Shown: positions 61,699 through 64,000 of the stretch, piece after piece
How the letters are laid out: the number at the start of each line of letters is the position of its first letter
Position numbering within the stretch: position 1 is the stretch's first letter
From: Arcobacteraceae bacterium
GTDB lineage: Bacteria > Campylobacterota > Campylobacteria > Campylobacterales > Arcobacteraceae
Assembly: GCA_965224485.1 (NCBI GenBank)
Contig: CBDCZH010000018.1
Span: 32,001 to 96,000, forward strand
DNA length: 64,000 nt
Reading direction: 5' to 3'
Position numbers and translations under genes: made by a program
Notes under the pieces: model-generated
Databases searched by the model: none
The model's input: the letters and a program-made list of their open reading frames with translations, nothing else
Told to the model about the DNA's origin: nothing

Positions 61699-61830
61699 AT
61701 CTAACGACCGAACTGAAGGACAAGTGGGCGAAACGACTTGACAGTTTGGTCTTTATATTTTTTTATTCGAGATTTAAAAGCTCAAATTTTTCGCCCTTTA
61801 CACTTATTCGTTTCCTGTGTTTTGTTATAC
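61699..61830 (-). mobile_element. Integron attC-like recombination site (132 bp)
   Basis: Minus strand R'' GTATAAC 7 bp after the stop, R' GTTAGAT; internal arms ATAAGTG..GGGCGAAA / TTTCGCCCACTTGT. Confidence 0.75.
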
Positions 61831-61837
61831 ATATTGA

Positions 61838-62585
61838 TTAATTGGAAAAACTGGGATCAAGAAGTTTATTTCCAGATTCTATTAGACTACCAATAAAACT
61901 TGAAATTCCATTGTAATATCTTTGCATTTCATAATCAATTTTTTGTAGATTTTCACCTTGGAGGGTAGAAAAGAAAGTAAATTCAGCTAATCGTGAACTA
62001 ACAATATCCCCATGCTTTATCGTATTATTAAGAACACGACATTCGTCAGCATCAGAATATCCATCTAATGTGTTAAGTATTATTGACTTTGTTTCGAATA
62101 GTGAAATTAGTTGATCCCAACGATAGGGAACGTTAATATTTTGAATGGGGTGTCCCAGTTTGTAGATGTTCAATATTAGCATAAACCTTTCCCATAAACT
62201 TTTCTGCAGTTGCCCATAAACCTATCACACTAAATTCATCAGAAAATCTTTTGCAACGATCTATGACAGCATCGTGAGTCATAAAATGACTATTAGTTTG
62301 GGATGCTTGATACGTGAAAAATTCTTTTTCTTCCTCTCCTACAACATTAACTTTGTCTTTTTTCTTTTTTTCTTGAAATAATTGAAATTGTATATCTAAA
62401 TTATCATTTTTTTTATTTAAATCATTGTATATGATTTGATGTAATCGAGCAAGGTCATGCAAATGCCAATCTAATTCAGATTGTAAGATTGATAGTGGAC
62501 CAGCAATGTTTGTCATATAAGAAATTGGCATATTTTCATTTCCAATTTGCTGTTCAATAGAGAGTAATGGCATGTATGTTGTCAT
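61838..62585 (-). CDS. Cassette-borne hypothetical protein (one frameshift in a C4 run at ~62150)
   Basis: ORFs 62133-62588 and 61838-62182 join as ...GTPIQNINVPYRWD...; AAGGA RBS. Confidence 0.7.
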
Positions 62586-62621
62586 CAAAGTTCCTTGATT
62601 ATTATAAATTTTGAATTTGTA

Positions 62622-62646
62622 GTATAACTACTTATTAGTAGAACAC
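62622..62646 (-). mobile_element. attI-like/core site opening the cassette
   Basis: Minus strand GTGTTCTACTAATAAGTA-GTTATAC; GTTATAC is the exact complement of the cassette's R'' GTATAAC. Confidence 0.55.
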
Positions 62647-62950
62647 TTTATACCTATTAACACAAATATTCAGTATTAATAGACATAATTTATGTACCTA
62701 TAATAATGAGAAATAGTGATATTTTGAATATTATGTTCTTTTTTCAATAATTTTCATTAAAATTGATGTCCATTTAAAGCTAAAATACTTGTTATTTGGA
62801 CAAAAATGTCTACTAATTATTGAATTTTGTGTTAAAAGAACATAATGTTCTTTTTAAAACTAAAGTTTAAATTTACACTTTAATAATAGTATACAAGAAA
62901 CGTGTCACAGTTTGTGTCACAAAAAAGAATAAAAGGATTAGATACTGAAC

Positions 62951-63701
62951 TTTTATAATTATTAGTTTACATATTAAAATAGTTTGAAATAACTGGTGTT
63001 TGCTCTTGTAAACTTTCAGTTCCCGCTTTCTTACTTTTGTATTGACAAAAAGTAAGCAAAAACAACTACGTTTCGGAGGTCTTCGACTACCTAAAGTTTT
63101 TTTATTTTCTTGCTTAGCCCTAAAACTCGTTAAAATATGCTCCCAGCATATTTTTTCACACTCAGACAGTTATGGCTGGGTTACGCAATAAAATAAAAAA
63201 ACTTTAGCTCCTGCAAATGTAGCAATCAACGGAATAATATTTTGTCTACTTCGTAGATATAGTTTTAATACATATTTAGAAATTTATTTTTATATTGGGC
63301 ATTTTGATTACTTGCTCTACCCCTGCCTTTGAGGAATCTAGAGTTTGAGAGTTTATTTTGCCTGCAAGCAGGATTTTGTCACTGCGTTCTAGCATCGGTA
63401 ATAAGGAAGTAAAGGAAACTTGTTTTAGCATAAGGAAAACTTTACGCGTCATGTTTGGAACCCGGAGGGCTTCAGCAACCGGCAGTCGACTTTTTTGTTT
63501 CTTTTTGATCGATAAAAAAAGATGCCTGAGCATAGCGATACAATCCTGTAAGGGAAAAAAGCGCGAAGGTTCACCTTTGTAAGAGTTCTAAAAGTCAAAA
63601 CTATATTAGGTTTTATAATTGTTAGTTTATACTTTAAAATAGTTTGAAATAATTGGCTTTTGCTCTTGTTGTAAACTTTCAGTTCCCGCTTTCTTACTTT
63701 T
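62951..63701 (+). repeat. ~90-bp direct repeats flanking a structured non-coding element
   Basis: 62951-63038 and 63611-63701 share AAAATAGTTTGAAATAA and GTAAACTTTCAGTTCCCGCTTTCTTACTTTT; long hairpin at 63091-63207. Confidence 0.8.
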
Positions 63702-64000
63702 ATGTGGCACATTTTTACTTTGTACTACTGGTGTATTTTAGCATTGCATTTAACAATATCCATACAATATTTTTGAAGAAGGGGAAGAAGAGTTTTTTTC
63801 TCAATTTAATTGAATATATGGGTATTGGAAATTTTACAAAATATTTTATGACTATACGATTAAAATACAATAAGGATATAGGACTTTCAAATGAAGAAAT
63901 TCCAAATAGTGATTTCTTATAAAAGAGTGAATTCCAATAAATATGCTATAATTAGGAATACATTCCTAAAAAAGGACTAAAATATGGATTCTATTTTACT

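Noticed and set aside
16847..62585. Single frameshifts in tonB, the DUF3450 gene, imelysin 2, the 53386 lipoprotein, the lmuA-like gene and the cassette ORF as programmed frameshifting or phase variation
   Set aside because: They are scattered one-base indels, mostly in short homopolymers, in otherwise intact genes; long-read consensus error is the simpler explanation. Reads are needed to decide.
62965..63020. XerH difH site
   Set aside because: Only TTAAAATAGTTTGAAA resembles it; the second arm is not evident and the sequence is duplicated
63276..63922. ORFs 63276-63533, 63358-63582, 63449-63712 and 63653-63922
   Set aside because: They overlap each other within a repeat and hairpin region, with no RBS or recognisable motifs; likely spurious
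1..64000. tRNA or rRNA genes
   Set aside because: No cloverleaf or rRNA-like sequence recognised by eye; tRNAscan-SE and Rfam were not run

Overview
Very AT-rich bacterial DNA whose gene content and style (short-form hisG, coaX, trpS, serS, many GGDEF/EAL and OmpR-like proteins) suggest Campylobacterota, probably Arcobacteraceae (inference). 1-15 kb holds housekeeping and signalling genes, including a three-gene operon behind a perfect FNR/Nss-type box. About 15-53 kb is a large iron-acquisition region with a Fur-like box at nearly every promoter: a TtpC-type TonB-ExbBD operon, a FecI/FecR/TonB-receptor signalling unit, FeoAB, a second TonB receptor with PepSY proteins, and an unusual ~16 kb locus. 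That locus combines an FTR1 permease, an FAD oxidoreductase, an imelysin/di-heme module, a fatty-acid hydroxylase, a di-heme peroxidase, a GT-C-like membrane protein, a 674-aa secreted protein of unknown function and a 1128-aa cytochrome b/beta-propeller/hexa-heme fusion. 55-64 kb is a defence/accessory island: a RelE/ParE toxin-antitoxin pair, YhcG, a TIR/SEFIR fragment, a Lamassu-like Cap4-nuclease/SMC system, a complete integron-type cassette (attI-like core plus attC) with no integrase in view, short co-oriented junction motifs and structured repeats. Several genes carry single-base frameshifts, mostly in homopolymers, which probably reflect long-read errors. All calls come from motif recognition by eye; no searches were run.
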